Source: Amoebidium appalachense (Eukaryota > Protista > Ichthyosporea). From it: 64,000 bases of DNA. The notes under the pieces are model-generated. The model searched no databases. It saw only the letters and a list, made by a program, of their open reading frames with translations, and had not been told where the DNA came from. The stretch is taken from NCBI GenBank assembly GCA_963693365.1, contig CAVNZM010000002.1, forward strand, positions 13,053,615-13,117,614, read 5' to 3'. This document shows, piece by piece, positions 19,193-30,032 of this stretch. Numbering within the stretch: the stretch's first letter is position 1; the number at the start of each line of letters is the position of its first letter. Both the position numbers and the translations under genes were made by a program.

Positions 19193-20551
19193 ATGTCGCA
19201 TGCGCGCTCCCGCATCCTTGACGACATGGCGTCCCACATCGATTTCTCGGCAGCCGTGGCGCGCCGGGCAGCGTTCCCGCACGGGCCAGCCCTGCCCTCG
19301 GCCCCCCGCAGCGTGTCGGTGCCGAGCGAGGCGCCCCCGCGTGTCGAGCCCCCGCAGCCGCCGCAGGGCCAGTGGCGCTACCACTTCGTGACGGGCGGGT
19401 CCGAGTGCCGGCCGCTGCAGGTGGAGTTTCCCGCCACCCGGTCCGTGCACGGCATCCGTGTCGAGGGCTTCAAGGCGCACAGCGTGTACGACGTGTGCGA
19501 GGGCGCCAACAAGCTCACGCTGTCGCTGTCGTACCTGGACTCGCCCGACGGCCGGCCCCCGGGCATGTGGGTGAAGGCGTCCACCGACGTGTACCTGCCT
19601 GTGGGCAACTACACCCTGGACACCCTGTGCGCCGAGCTCGAGATGCGTCTGGACGCCGCCATCGCCGCATGCTTCAACCCCAGCTACAGCCCCGAGGAGG
19701 TGGCGGACATTTTGGAGATGTACCCGGACACGCTGCCCTACTACGCCAGCGTCACACACACGGAGCGGTTGCGCCGGGACGCCGAGCGCAACGGCGAGGC
19801 GTGGACCAGGCACCAGGACTTTGTGTGCAAGACGCGGTGGGCGCCACGCCGGCAGGGCCCGCGCGACGAGATCGCATTCGAGGCGCTGATGCTCGCGCAG
19901 CTGTACTACAGGGAGAACGCATGGGCGTGGCGTGAGCTGGCCAACGAGCGTGACACCCACGGGCGCATCCAGTGGCCGTTCCACAACACGCTGTACAACC
20001 TCATGACGCCCTCGAAGCTCGCGCTGCCCGGGCGACTGGTCATCAGCATCCACCACCGCAAGAACATGGACCCGGACACCATGAAGCACTGGCTGCCGTA
20101 TGCGTCGGTGCCGACGTTCTCGCTTGACGTGTGCCGGGGGCTCGGGAGCGTGCTGGGAATGGCGGCCGGCGCGCACGTCAGCCACAGCCTGACAGCGGGG
20201 CTGCCTCCGCTGGCCCGCTACTTCGACGGGCGAGACCATGCGGCCGTGGAGGAGGGCGACCAGCAGCTGCCGTGCCAGGGCGACAACATCCAGTGCGTGT
20301 TTGGGACGGATGCACCCCTGGGCCCGCGGGGGGCGCTCATGGTGCACGTCATGCAGGGCGAGACGAACCTGCAGGGGCGCATCATGGCGCCGGGCGTGCA
20401 GGGGGCGGCGGGCGGGGCGGTGGACGACATGCTGGCGAGCCCGCAGATCTTGGGGACGCTGGACCACGTCGACACGCTGCGGCTGGTGGTGGTGGACGAG
20501 ACCGGGACAAGGGTGAGCGGGTGCTTCTCGGCGCTGGTCGCGATCAAATAA
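19193..20551 (+). CDS. Second penton/minor-capsid-like protein
   Basis: SVHGIRVEGF and YLPVGNYTLDTLCAELEMRL match 1694-4321; stop codon lies inside AATAAA. Confidence 0.45.
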   Translation: MSHARSRILDDMASHIDFSAAVARRAAFPHGPALPSAPRSVSVPSEAPPRVEPPQPPQGQWRYHFVTGGSECRPLQVEFPATRSVHGIRVEGFKAHSVYDVCEGANKLTLSLSYLDSPDGRPPGMWVKASTDVYLPVGNYTLDTLCAELEMRLDAAIAACFNPSYSPEEVADILEMYPDTLPYYASVTHTERLRRDAERNGEAWTRHQDFVCKTRWAPRRQGPRDEIAFEALMLAQLYYRENAWAWRELANERDTHGRIQWPFHNTLYNLMTPSKLALPGRLVISIHHRKNMDPDTMKHWLPYASVPTFSLDVCRGLGSVLGMAAGAHVSHSLTAGLPPLARYFDGRDHAAVEEGDQQLPCQGDNIQCVFGTDAPLGPRGALMVHVMQGETNLQGRIMAPGVQGAAGGAVDDMLASPQILGTLDHVDTLRLVVVDETGTRVSGCFSALVAIK

Positions 20552-20584
20552 AACGGGTCACAAATATTTTCTGTGCGCTAGTTT

Positions 20585-21058
20585 ATGGTGTCTAACGTTG
20601 AGACCCAAGAGCCTCCCTCCTACACGACTGTGCATCAGACGGGAGTGGTCATGTATAAAGGAAAGGCTTACAAGGAGGGTGAACACTTTGATATGACCGA
20701 TCGTGGAGAAGTAAGAGATGGGGGGAAACTGTGGGTGAATGGGAGCCGATTGGCCGCAAACATGGGAAAAACCTGGAGTAATTGGTACAGGCTAAAGGGC
20801 GCCCGAGATTTGGTGGAGGGCCTTGAGAAACACCAGTCACAAACTTCTCCAGCGATGGGGGAGAACACCTTTGAAGTGCAGGGCAGGACGCAGGGCGGGT
20901 CAGGTTACCAACCACGATCTTCTCCATCGATGGGGGAGAACACCTTTGAAGTGCAGGGCAGGACGCAGGGCGGGTCCGGTTACCAACCACGATCGGCACG
21001 GGTACGGCAGGGGCGGACAGGTCACTGCAGGACAGGCTTACCACCCAGAACGCAATAA
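20585..21058 (+). pseudogene. KilA-N domain gene, disrupted
   Basis: WVNGSRLAANMGKTWSNWYRLKGARDLVEGL; 75-bp tandem duplication (~20844-20995); the expected GTWV motif appears frameshifted (ggcacgggta). Confidence 0.65.
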
Positions 21059-21085
21059 AAGCACGAACTGGGGGGGGGGATGAGT

Positions 21086-21397
21086 TCACACCCCAACACA
21101 GTTTAACTCCTGGGTTTCCAAACATTGTAGTTTGCGAATGTGTGTTTCCATCTCCACCTTGACGCATTCGGCCCGCAGCTTGACACGCTGTGCATTAAGC
21201 TTTTCAATTTGCGCTTCCACCAATCTGCATTCCGCTCGAAGGATCATTGCCTTTGCTTGGGCTTGTCGCAGAATAGGGTCGTTAACCATCATGTATCTTT
21301 CATAACGTGCCAGTTCAGAATCGCGCATGACAACATCAGACGCACAAGGAACGACTGTATTGTATGCTGGTGGCGGACTCCGAGGTGTGGTGGCCAT
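21086..21397 (-). CDS. Small coiled-coil protein
   Basis: ILRAECRLVEAQ...LRAECVKVE repeat; resembles the coiled coil of the 28407 ORF. Confidence 0.55.
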   Translation of the reverse strand: MATTPRSPPPAYNTVVPCASDVVMRDSELARYERYMMVNDPILRQAQAKAMILRAECRLVEAQIEKLNAQRVKLRAECVKVEMETHIRKLQCLETQELNCVGV

Positions 21398-21460
21398 CTA
21401 TTTATATGCAGATTATTTTTTGCGGTGCCCCCTTTTTTTTTCTACGCTTAACACAGGCAA

Positions 21461-22108
21461 ATGCCTAGTCAAAGCCAAAAATACATAGGAGAAGACTATG
21501 CTGATCCAAAGTCACAAACTGCAAAGATAAACCACCTTGAGCCTGTGTACTCAAAAAATGGGATGCTACTGACCATGAAAGAGGTTAGGGAGGATGGGTC
21601 TGTGTGGTACAATGCCACTTTGTATTTTAAACAATATGGTACAACATTTTCAAATTGGCTCAAGCTACAGAAAGTACAAAAAATCGTTGGTGGATTAAAT
21701 GAAAACGTTGACTACAGCATGTACCATTACAAAGGGATGTACCATGATTACCTCAGGGGAACATGGGTCAAGGATACTCTCGCAAAATATATGATGTTGT
21801 ATCATGGGCAAAAAGCAAGCCCAATCTACAGGGAAGCCATGATTCAACATGCTTTAGCGGAAAAAGAAGATGGAAAACGAGAGATTTGCACTGCAACTGG
21901 GCCAGTAGATGTGATCACAGCGACCCATGTCATCGAAGTTAAGAGGGGTAAGCGTTGGAAAGAGGCTGTGGGTCAGATAATGGTGGATCGACTTCATTTT
22001 CCTCACCTTCAGCCTCGTCTGCACTTTTTTGATGTTTCGGAAAACGAAAAGGAACAAATCGAATGGGTTTGCTCTGCATACAATATCATGGTTACATACG
22101 AAGAGTAG
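21461..22108 (+). CDS. KilA-N plus PD-(D/E)XK-type nuclease
   Basis: WYNATLYF...FSNWLKL...RGTWV (KilA-N); GPVDVIT..VIEVKR..WKEAVGQ. Confidence 0.85.
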   Translation: MPSQSQKYIGEDYADPKSQTAKINHLEPVYSKNGMLLTMKEVREDGSVWYNATLYFKQYGTTFSNWLKLQKVQKIVGGLNENVDYSMYHYKGMYHDYLRGTWVKDTLAKYMMLYHGQKASPIYREAMIQHALAEKEDGKREICTATGPVDVITATHVIEVKRGKRWKEAVGQIMVDRLHFPHLQPRLHFFDVSENEKEQIEWVCSAYNIMVTYEE

Positions 22109-22163
22109 TAAACGACGATCCGCAAACCTATATAAGTAGCTGAATACCCACCCCACCCTCACA

Positions 22164-22772
22164 ATGCGTGTGGCCGCCATCGACGTCGGCTTCCTGAACC
22201 TGGTGGTGTGCGTGCTCAGCACGACCGACGACCCCGCCACGCCCTTCATCATCCACACGTGGGACCGCTGGCTCGTGGGCAACCCGGACACCACGGCCAC
22301 GGTGCTGGTCGAGCTGCTGCTGCGCCGGCTGCACGAGGACCGCGCGCTGTTCGCGGACGTCGACATGGTCGTCATCGAGCGCCAGATGGTCACCAAGCTG
22401 AGCGTGCTGGCGCACGCGCTGCAGGCGTACTTCCTCACCCTCAGATTGACCAATGGCCACGGGCCCGGCGTGGTGCTGCAGCACGGCACGCGCAAGAACC
22501 AGTGCGGGGCGTGGCTCGCCCGCCACGGAATGGCTCCGGCGGAGACGGGCAAGGCGGCGTATGCTGTGTACAAGCGGCGTGCGGTGGTCGACACGCAGCA
22601 AGCGCTCAAGCTGCAGAGTGAGCAGGGGTGGCGGGACAAGTTTGCGCGGGAGGGCAAGAAGGACGACATGGCGGACGCGCTGCTGCACGGGCTGTGGTAC
22701 CTGTTCTGTCGGACCCAGAAAGGGGGGTCACGCTGGGGGCATATGCAGGCAAACGGACAGTGTACAAAATAA
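22164..22772 (+). CDS. Holliday junction resolvase (poxvirus A22/RuvC-like)
   Basis: AAIDVGFLNL, VVIERQ and KKDDMADALL catalytic motifs; TATATAA upstream and AATAAA at the stop. Confidence 0.92.
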   Translation: MRVAAIDVGFLNLVVCVLSTTDDPATPFIIHTWDRWLVGNPDTTATVLVELLLRRLHEDRALFADVDMVVIERQMVTKLSVLAHALQAYFLTLRLTNGHGPGVVLQHGTRKNQCGAWLARHGMAPAETGKAAYAVYKRRAVVDTQQALKLQSEQGWRDKFAREGKKDDMADALLHGLWYLFCRTQKGGSRWGHMQANGQCTK

Positions 22773-22877
22773 AATTGGCAATTCATCTCTTTATTGCTTT
22801 CTCATAGACCGGCTTCCGGTCCCATGGACCGGAGGTAGAGATTGGCCCGTTGGTTGTCTGTGTCGAGCTTGACTGCA

Positions 22878-22953
22878 TATCTGCACTGCAGATTTTCCCC
22901 TCCAACTTAGCAATGAGTTCCTTTGTCCCCTTCAACTTGTACCAATCAAACCA
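22878..22953 (-). pseudogene. KilA-N fragment (direct repeat copy 1)
   Basis: WFDWYKLKGTKELIAKLEGKICSAD; nearly identical to 24896-24971. Confidence 0.7.
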
Positions 22954-23118
22954 AAACTGTCTGCGCCCCCCACCCCGGGCTGTCACAGTGGTACCTGTTC
23001 TGCAGGCCTGGGTGGTCGGGGAAGATGTAAGAATAAAGCGCTTTATTTCATGGAGACTGTAATGCTACACGGATGACAATTAACCTAGCTCAGGGTATGA
23101 AAAAGCATGCCTGAGAAA

Positions 23119-24675
23119 TCAACAGCCCAGTCTGGGCTGCACGCTGGCGGGGACCAGCCCCTCGTATGCGTTCCTGAACACCTGCGCCGTGTACTTGAAC
23201 TCGGCAACCTCTGGGCTGTGGGGTACCTCCCGCTCCAGCCAAACCGCCGTGGCCAAGATGATGGTGTAGGCCTGGCGGGCAGTGATCTCTGTGGACATGA
23301 CCGCACGTCCCCAGCCGAGTGCTGAGCGCAGCTTGATGGCGCGCTGGATAGCCATGTCAGCTCCGATGACCCCCACCACTGCCGTGTCGGGCTTGTCGGT
23401 GTAGATGTCCACGTTCAGCACCTCGAGTACATAGCGGCGCACGAGTCCAACAGAGCCCTTGGTAGACCCTCCAAACATGGCGGCGGTGACGCTGCGGGGA
23501 AGGTTGTACAGGCGGTCACGCAGGAAGGGGTTGCCTGTGCCACCGAGGGCGGAGCTGTCCGGGTCCTCGGGTAGGATGCGGGGGGTGAAGGCCTGGGCCG
23601 TGCTGTTGAGGGCGCTGGTGAGGCGGGCCACGTGGGACTTGCTGTACTCGATGATGAGCTGCTGCTGCTCAATGAGGGTGTCCCGGTCTCGGATGGTCTT
23701 GTTGCGCTCCTCGATGGTAATGTTCCGGTCCTCGATTGTGCGCTGCATGTTCTGGAGCAGCGTCTGCCAGTAGGCAGCCCCGTGCTCCTCGGATCCCCCG
23801 GCACCCCCGTTCTCCACGTACTCCCCGAACAGGCGAGCGCCGCTGCCCTCGGGGAGGGACTCCTGAAGACGACGGTTGGCGCGCACCTCGTCAACCAAAG
23901 TCTCGTCACCACCCAGGTAGCGCACGATGAGCTCAGCGGCCGCAGCCTTGAAAGCAGCAACCTTGGGACCGGTCAGGGCCAGGATGATGCGCACCAGCTG
24001 CTTAGCATCGGCAATTGGGGTTGAACGCTCCTGATCGACCCACTCCGAAAGCTGGAGTGAGTTAATCAGTCCGGGTTCGGCCACTGTCAGCTCGTTGATC
24101 TTTTGATGTGGGTTGCCATAGCCAATCGCAACGAGCACATCAAACACATCCGCCTTCCGGGGCACGGTGTTGGTGCAGCGGATGGTCTTGCCGCTCCAGT
24201 CACCACCACCCTCTCCGAACTTGAACAGGGTCGCGGCCAGCCCGTCGCCGTCGAGGTCCATGCCCGGAACCGCCGTGGGCAGCTGGCGCATGGCTTCGGC
24301 AAGGGCCTTGTTGTCCGCCACCTTCCAGATGCTGATGGAGGGGTCGCCGAGTACACCACGCACGGAGGTGGCGTGCACCTGTTCACGCAGGCGGACGAGG
24401 GACAGGGTCTTGCCGGACGGCAGGGTGCGGGTGTCCTGGGCGACAACCCCAAATCGCTTGGTGTCGCCGAGGGCTGTGGCGGCACGCTCGTGCAGGTCGG
24501 TGTGGTCGGAGAGGAGCGCCCAGTAGCGGATGCGGGAGCGCTCGGGGTCAAGCAGAAGGGTGCGGATGGTGTCCTCAAGGGATGCGTTCTCCTCCATACT
24601 GTCGTCCGTGTCCATGCTGTCGATGTTGTCGCTCTGCATGTTGTTGTTGATGTCCATGTTCTGGGTTGTCTCCAT
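23119..24675 (-). CDS. Multidomain protein with Bro-like DNA-binding domain and coiled coil
   Basis: ADVFDVL...TPIADAKQLVRIILALTGPKVAAFK...RYLGGDETLVDEV; TATAAAA at 24721-24727 supports the ATG at 24675. Confidence 0.8.
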   Translation of the reverse strand: METTQNMDINNNMQSDNIDSMDTDDSMEENASLEDTIRTLLLDPERSRIRYWALLSDHTDLHERAATALGDTKRFGVVAQDTRTLPSGKTLSLVRLREQVHATSVRGVLGDPSISIWKVADNKALAEAMRQLPTAVPGMDLDGDGLAATLFKFGEGGGDWSGKTIRCTNTVPRKADVFDVLVAIGYGNPHQKINELTVAEPGLINSLQLSEWVDQERSTPIADAKQLVRIILALTGPKVAAFKAAAAELIVRYLGGDETLVDEVRANRRLQESLPEGSGARLFGEYVENGGAGGSEEHGAAYWQTLLQNMQRTIEDRNITIEERNKTIRDRDTLIEQQQLIIEYSKSHVARLTSALNSTAQAFTPRILPEDPDSSALGGTGNPFLRDRLYNLPRSVTAAMFGGSTKGSVGLVRRYVLEVLNVDIYTDKPDTAVVGVIGADMAIQRAIKLRSALGWGRAVMSTEITARQAYTIILATAVWLEREVPHSPEVAEFKYTAQVFRNAYEGLVPASVQPRLGC

Positions 24676-24895
24676 CTTGATGGTTGCTGCAGAATGATGA
24701 ATTATGGTCTGGACTGCTCCTTTTATACCTTCAGGTCTAACCACCGATGGTGCCAAAATCGATGGTGATGGTGAGTTTGGGCACCAAACTAATGAACCCT
24801 GAATTTCAGGGATGATGATTATTGTGTCATTCGGATGTTGATCACAATTGTCGGACGACCCGACAACAGCGAACACATATCTGACCGCACAATAT

Positions 24896-24971
24896 TATCT
24901 GCACTGCAGATTTTTCCGTCCAACTTGGCAATGAGCTGCTTTGTCCCCTTCAGCTCGTACCAATCAAACCA
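24896..24971 (-). pseudogene. KilA-N fragment (direct repeat copy 2)
   Basis: WFDWYELKGTKQLIAKLDGKICSAD. Confidence 0.7.
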
Positions 24972-25030
24972 CGCGTATCTGTCACATAATTAGTATGAAA
25001 GAGAAGCAAGCCAGAGATATCACAGATATA

Positions 25031-26542
25031 TCACACACTTGCATTCGGAGTTGTCGATGCTGCGATCCCGATGTCTTCCACAAGCCGCTCCCCATCCCTG
25101 CGCCTCGGCAGTCCTGCGGCTTCAAGCTCGGCATCGGTCAACACGACCGTTTTCTTGGTTATTACCTCTCGTATTACCTGTCTGTACCGTGGGTCATCAA
25201 GATTCGGCTGCACCACATCTATCTCTCCTCCATGCATCTTAGCCCAGTAGAGTTCGGTCAGTTGCTTCCCGTACAGGGACAACACGGCCCCGATTTTGTA
25301 GACTGCCCGGAATCCTCTGTCCACCTTCTCAAGCTTTGTCGTTATATGATTGCAGACCCGTTCCCCAATGGTGTTTCCATTGCCCGGTTGGGAACCCCAG
25401 TCGAAGCTTGACGTGCGCAGGAGTATGTAGACCATCAACCAGGAGGCACATGCCGAGTCGTGTATTTCGTTTCTATCGACAAGCCCCTCATACAAAACCC
25501 TCCCAAAACTTGTCTGAAGGCTCTTACATACAGATTCGTGTTGGTAGGTGCGCAGAACTTTCGAGCTTCCAGTGTAACCGGCCCCCTCAAGGAACATACA
25601 GAGGGCGTCAGCGATTAGCCCTGCCGGGGCAGACATGTTAAAGCACTCAACCACCTTGACTTGCGAATCGATAATGATAACAGAAGCATGCTCTGGGCTC
25701 GACACATGCATTATATAGTAGCGCTCACGCTCTTGGCTTTTCAGCCAGGAAGAGAGGTTCGACACAGATGCTTTCGAGCATCTGAAACCCCACTTTCCTG
25801 CTGACACCTTCCAAGTGGACATTTTACCATTGTCCGTCACAACACCGAGTGCTGGTGTGGACTTGGGGACAGCATCACCATTATACTCTATTTTGAGGGA
25901 TGTGCCAGGGGAAAAACGAACAGATTTTGGCAGATAGGTTTGCAGCAGTACGAAGGTGTTGTCCCGAGACATGACGCCACACCCTGCCACAGCCGGTGAG
26001 GCTTCAACGGAGCCAACCCCAATCAGCTCGGCCAGTGACTTCTGAAGATCAACGAGGCCGTTGTACCAGTCAAATAGAAGTGGCCACGTTTTTTGTATGT
26101 CCTCCATCATGTCCGAGGGCGTAGGTCTTCCAGGGACAATAGCCTGTTTGTACTTTTCGGCCACGTAGGGGGCACACTTCACCACAATCGACCCGAAACG
26201 GTGCTTCCGCTGGTCCACGAGAAACCGGCTTTTTGAATCATACCTTACAGCAAACTTGTATTCCGTACCCGCTGTTTGACGCATACAAATAAACAACAAT
26301 CTGTAGCCACCCAGCCCTGCTTCAAAAACCAGAGATGTAACACAGGTCAGACAGACTGGTTCGACATCATTTTGAGTGCTCCACAAGTTGATGGAGAGAC
26401 AGACGTCCTCCATAGCCCACTTGTATGTCTGGGTGTTGCGGGGTTTCAGATGTGCGTCTTCCAACTTGAAATGTTGGGTATTGCGTTTGACAAACTTGAA
26501 GAAGCAGTGGGGCTTTACCGACAATGTCTGTGTTGAAGCCAT
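25031..26542 (-). CDS. Papain/Ulp-like cysteine protease domain protein
   Basis: EHASVIIID..VVECFN...LQT...SACASWLMVYILLR gives the H...(D/N)...Q...C order of NCLDV cysteine proteases. Confidence 0.65.
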   Translation of the reverse strand: MASTQTLSVKPHCFFKFVKRNTQHFKLEDAHLKPRNTQTYKWAMEDVCLSINLWSTQNDVEPVCLTCVTSLVFEAGLGGYRLLFICMRQTAGTEYKFAVRYDSKSRFLVDQRKHRFGSIVVKCAPYVAEKYKQAIVPGRPTPSDMMEDIQKTWPLLFDWYNGLVDLQKSLAELIGVGSVEASPAVAGCGVMSRDNTFVLLQTYLPKSVRFSPGTSLKIEYNGDAVPKSTPALGVVTDNGKMSTWKVSAGKWGFRCSKASVSNLSSWLKSQERERYYIMHVSSPEHASVIIIDSQVKVVECFNMSAPAGLIADALCMFLEGAGYTGSSKVLRTYQHESVCKSLQTSFGRVLYEGLVDRNEIHDSACASWLMVYILLRTSSFDWGSQPGNGNTIGERVCNHITTKLEKVDRGFRAVYKIGAVLSLYGKQLTELYWAKMHGGEIDVVQPNLDDPRYRQVIREVITKKTVVLTDAELEAAGLPRRRDGERLVEDIGIAASTTPNASV

Positions 26543-26669
26543 CTACACAACAGCCGAATTTTTCGACATATGGGTGGTTCCCTGGGACAGTTTCGGGTGG
26601 GTTCCTGCGCGGGGCTGGGGGGAGGGAGGGGGATTGCGTCCATTCTGTGACCGATATATGCAAAAGAGT

Positions 26670-27079
26670 TTATATGCCTGCTGCACCGATGCCGGCAGGC
26701 TTGACGCAGCAGAAGTCCGGCGCGCACGGCATCGACGTGGCCCTGCGCCGCTTGCACCGCAGCACCCCGCCGGTCTTGGGGTCCGGTCGGTAGAGGTTGC
26801 AGCCCACAAACTGGTTGCACGGCACGAGCGACGGATTCTGCGGCACCACCGTGCGGCACAGCCACCCGCACCCCACCCCCGGCACCGGCACCTGCGAGCA
26901 CACGGGCGCTGCGGTGGCCGTCTGCGCAACGAGCCGTGTGCATCTGGATGGTTGGGTGAGGGTGGGCGTCGGGGTGGTTGGCGCCGGCGTCGGGGGGGGG
27001 CCGTCACGGTCACGTAGCTGGCGGCGGCGGCGGCGGCTTGTGCAAGTAGAGCAACGAGCGCGTACATTACCGTGTGCAT
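26670..27079 (-). CDS. Secreted Cys-rich protein with a frameshift in a homopolymer
   Basis: Signal peptide MHTVMYALVALLAQAAAAA joins PTPAPTT...CGWLC..PCNQFVGC..FCC across the G-run at ~26992-27000. Confidence 0.65.
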
Positions 27080-27377
27080 GGATAATAGTTGTGGGGGCAG
27101 GGGTGTTCTTGTTTGTTGGGGGGTGGGGGGCGGGAGGTCCCAGAGCTGGTTGTGTTCTATTTATTGGGGCCTGCCCTCTGTTTGAAGAAACGAAACTTTG
27201 AAGGTATGTCGTTGGGCTACTGCGATTGAAGAAACGAAACTTTGAAGGCATGTCGTTGGGTCCGGAACAGCAGGCGACAACTTCCCTCCCTTACCAAACG
27301 AGCAATTGGTCACTTTGACCAATTGGTCCCCTGTCGTATCCAATAGATGCTGGTTGGTGTGCCTCGGCCACTATAAA

Positions 27378-28295
27378 CTACACAACGTGCTTCGCCAGGA
27401 AGCTCACAGGGTACAGCTTGACCGTGCGCACGTCCCCGTTGACCACCATCTGCGTCGTCTCGGGCTCGCACCCCATCTCGTCACGCCAGGCCTTGCTGAC
27501 CATGCGGCCGAGCGCAGAGGCGGATTTGCACTTGATGCCACGGTCGACCACAAACTTCCCCACCGTGACATAGTCGGAGAGGGTGGTGCCTTCGATGGCT
27601 CGCAGACCCTGGTTGGGGAGCAGCATGTTGGAGACCGAGTCGTTGACGAGCTGACGCATGCGCGGGTCACGGTCCAGCCCCAGGCGCTCAAGCAGCGCCT
27701 CGTACTGGACGAGGTTGTCCATAGCCATCTTCTGGTTCTCCCTCTCGAGACGCGTGATCTCCGCCTCCTCCCGGCGCAGACGCAGCCTCCGCTCCTCCTC
27801 CAGCTCCTCGCGGCGGCGCTTGCGGTCAGGGGTCTCGTCCGTGCCGTTGCGGAAGAACTCGCGCTCCTCGGGGGTGCTGTTGTCGTAGCGGGCCTCGATC
27901 TCCTCGATGAGAAGCAAATCGCCAGAGAGGAGGCGCGCCATGTACTGGGCAGAAGTCTTACGGAAATCATGAGCGCGCTTGCCAGGGAGCAGGTAGATGA
28001 TCTCGAGGAGGGTGCGGAAGGGGGCAACCGGGGTAAGTTTGCCAGTGCCATTGATCCGGACTTGGGGACACAGAGTCCCCATCTTTTCCTCGAGTTGTTT
28101 GTAGTCATCGGACAACTGAATTCGCTGCCACGACTTCTTGGCCGCTTCGTTGCTCTCCAAGATCAGCTGCAGAACATCGAGGACGCTCGCCATCTTGCTG
28201 GCTTTGTCGACGCGGACCGTTGCATCCTTGAACTGGGGGAACTCCTTCCACAGAAGCGACATGTCCACCTTTGAGTTGCTCTGTCCGGTAGCCAT
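27378..28295 (-). CDS. Bro/KilA-like DNA-binding protein (paralog of 12947-13837)
   Basis: Long identical stretch STPEEREFFRNGTDETPDRKRRREELEEERRLRLRREEAE. Confidence 0.85.
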   Translation of the reverse strand: MATGQSNSKVDMSLLWKEFPQFKDATVRVDKASKMASVLDVLQLILESNEAAKKSWQRIQLSDDYKQLEEKMGTLCPQVRINGTGKLTPVAPFRTLLEIIYLLPGKRAHDFRKTSAQYMARLLSGDLLLIEEIEARYDNSTPEEREFFRNGTDETPDRKRRREELEEERRLRLRREEAEITRLERENQKMAMDNLVQYEALLERLGLDRDPRMRQLVNDSVSNMLLPNQGLRAIEGTTLSDYVTVGKFVVDRGIKCKSASALGRMVSKAWRDEMGCEPETTQMVVNGDVRTVKLYPVSFLAKHVV

Positions 28296-28370
28296 GCTGT
28301 GTCAGACTGACCCCAGGTGGCCGTGTGTGCTCCTTTTATACCTGCGCGTGGCGCCCTCAGTCGTGCTGAG
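28293..28370 (-). promoter_or_regulatory. Duplicated TATA promoter/leader cassette (copy 1)
   Basis: Near-identical to 30030-30107: CCTCAG..CTGAGG hairpin, GGTATAAAAGGAG, then tctgacacagcATG. Confidence 0.8.
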
Positions 28371-28406
28371 GGCAGGTTGGTGCTTATCCATTGAAATGTC
28401 GTGGGG

Positions 28407-30032
28407 CTACTGTGCTTGCTCCTGGCTGGCTTTCTTGAACACGCTGATGACGAGGTCCCTTGTCAAGTCGTCCTCCATGTGTTCCCTTGCCATCTCCAGC
28501 ATGGCTCCTGCAAAAGTGACAAAGTCCACACGGAACAGCTCGCGCTCGACGTTCTTGTGTTTGAGTGCCGTGTGCAGACACTTCTCCGCAAGCGCCAGCT
28601 GCTCGGACGGCACGGGCAGCGCAAAGAGCAGGCGCTTGTTGGGTCCCACATGCCACGTACCGGCCTGCTTCATGCGGCCCTTCACGTCCTTCAGACTGAG
28701 TCCGATTTTCAGGCAGGGCGGGTCGCCGTATTCGGACACAAACACGTAGATGCCGGACTGCTGCTTGGTGCACACGTGGTTGGTGACCCGGCGCAGCTCC
28801 TCGCTGGCATCCTCATATTCGGATGGGATGTGGTCCTGCTTGATGCTGTCTGTTGTCTGGAGCTCCAAAAGCCGGCACTGCGCCTCGATCTTCAGGCGCT
28901 CCTCTCGAATCACACTTCCGCGCTTGTCACACAGAGCGCCTTCCTCACGCATCATCATGATCTCCGTGTACTGAGCAGATTCGGCGATGCGCGCCTCCTT
29001 GTACAGACTCAGCGCAGTTTCCATCTCGGCCTGGTTGGTCATGAAGTGGGTGATGTCCCCTAGCTTGAGTCTCTTGGGCTCCCTCTCGGGTGTCCTGTCG
29101 GCATCCATTTCTGCTCGCACACTGTCACGCATGAAAGCGTTGGGTCCTGACGGGTTGGCCGCTGCCGCGGCACGGTTGCGCTCGATGTCCTCCACGAGAG
29201 TTTCGTCTCCACCTTCCAGGCGCGCTATGTCTCGGGCCCACTTGTCGATGATCGCGGAACCATAGCGTGAGCCAGATGCAATCTTGAAGGTCAGCTTGAC
29301 CAATGAAGTTGCAGGAACACCAGGAGATGGTTTTCCCCCAGTACCAAAGTGGCAATCGGTCATTTTGACCGATTGCTTGAGGGATGGGTCTTCGAAGATA
29401 CGCCGTAGATATCGACCGGCTGCGTCTCTATCCAAACCGCGGACAAGCATGGTATAGTCCACGAGACTCGCCATCTTCACACCATCAACCTCACACACTC
29501 GGATGGCGTGGTCACCTATGCAAATTGTGTCGCCTTTTTTTGCGGCAATCTCGTCTCCAGTCAATACCACATTTGTGTGTTCGGAATTCATAGTTGGGGA
29601 AACTGAGGTGTTGTCATGTGTGTTCAGTCCTTTTATACCTTCGGCCTCGCTCACATGGTTAACTTCGTTGGACATCAGGCGCTTGATATCCAGGCGCGCT
29701 ATGTCTCGGGCCCACTTGTCGATGATCGCGGAACCATAGCGCGAGCCGGATGCCATCTTGAAGGTCAGTTTCACCAACGATGAAGCAGGAACACCGATCG
29801 AGGGTCGCTTTGAATCGCCGAACCTCAAAGGCCTCATGTCGAGGCCTTTGATTTCCTCTTCATTCTGATAATGTCGTCTGACATACTCAGCGGCCGCATG
29901 TCTGTCTAAATTGCGCACTAGCATTGCATAATCAACAAGACTGGCGTATTTAACACCTTCGGATTGAGCAACTCGCACTACATAGTCACCAATGCAGATG
30001 GTGTCGCCTCTTTTGTTCTGCTCGCCAACCAT
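28407..30032 (-). CDS. Tandem Bro-like domains plus T5orf172 (GIY-YIG-like) nuclease
   Basis: Duplicated GDTICIGD..ASLVDY..SGSRYGSAIIDKWARDIARL; C-terminal GIYVF..LKIGLS..RMKQ..AEKCLH..RELF. Confidence 0.85.
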   Translation of the reverse strand: MVGEQNKRGDTICIGDYVVRVAQSEGVKYASLVDYAMLVRNLDRHAAAEYVRRHYQNEEEIKGLDMRPLRFGDSKRPSIGVPASSLVKLTFKMASGSRYGSAIIDKWARDIARLDIKRLMSNEVNHVSEAEGIKGLNTHDNTSVSPTMNSEHTNVVLTGDEIAAKKGDTICIGDHAIRVCEVDGVKMASLVDYTMLVRGLDRDAAGRYLRRIFEDPSLKQSVKMTDCHFGTGGKPSPGVPATSLVKLTFKIASGSRYGSAIIDKWARDIARLEGGDETLVEDIERNRAAAAANPSGPNAFMRDSVRAEMDADRTPEREPKRLKLGDITHFMTNQAEMETALSLYKEARIAESAQYTEIMMMREEGALCDKRGSVIREERLKIEAQCRLLELQTTDSIKQDHIPSEYEDASEELRRVTNHVCTKQQSGIYVFVSEYGDPPCLKIGLSLKDVKGRMKQAGTWHVGPNKRLLFALPVPSEQLALAEKCLHTALKHKNVERELFRVDFVTFAGAMLEMAREHMEDDLTRDLVISVFKKASQEQAQ

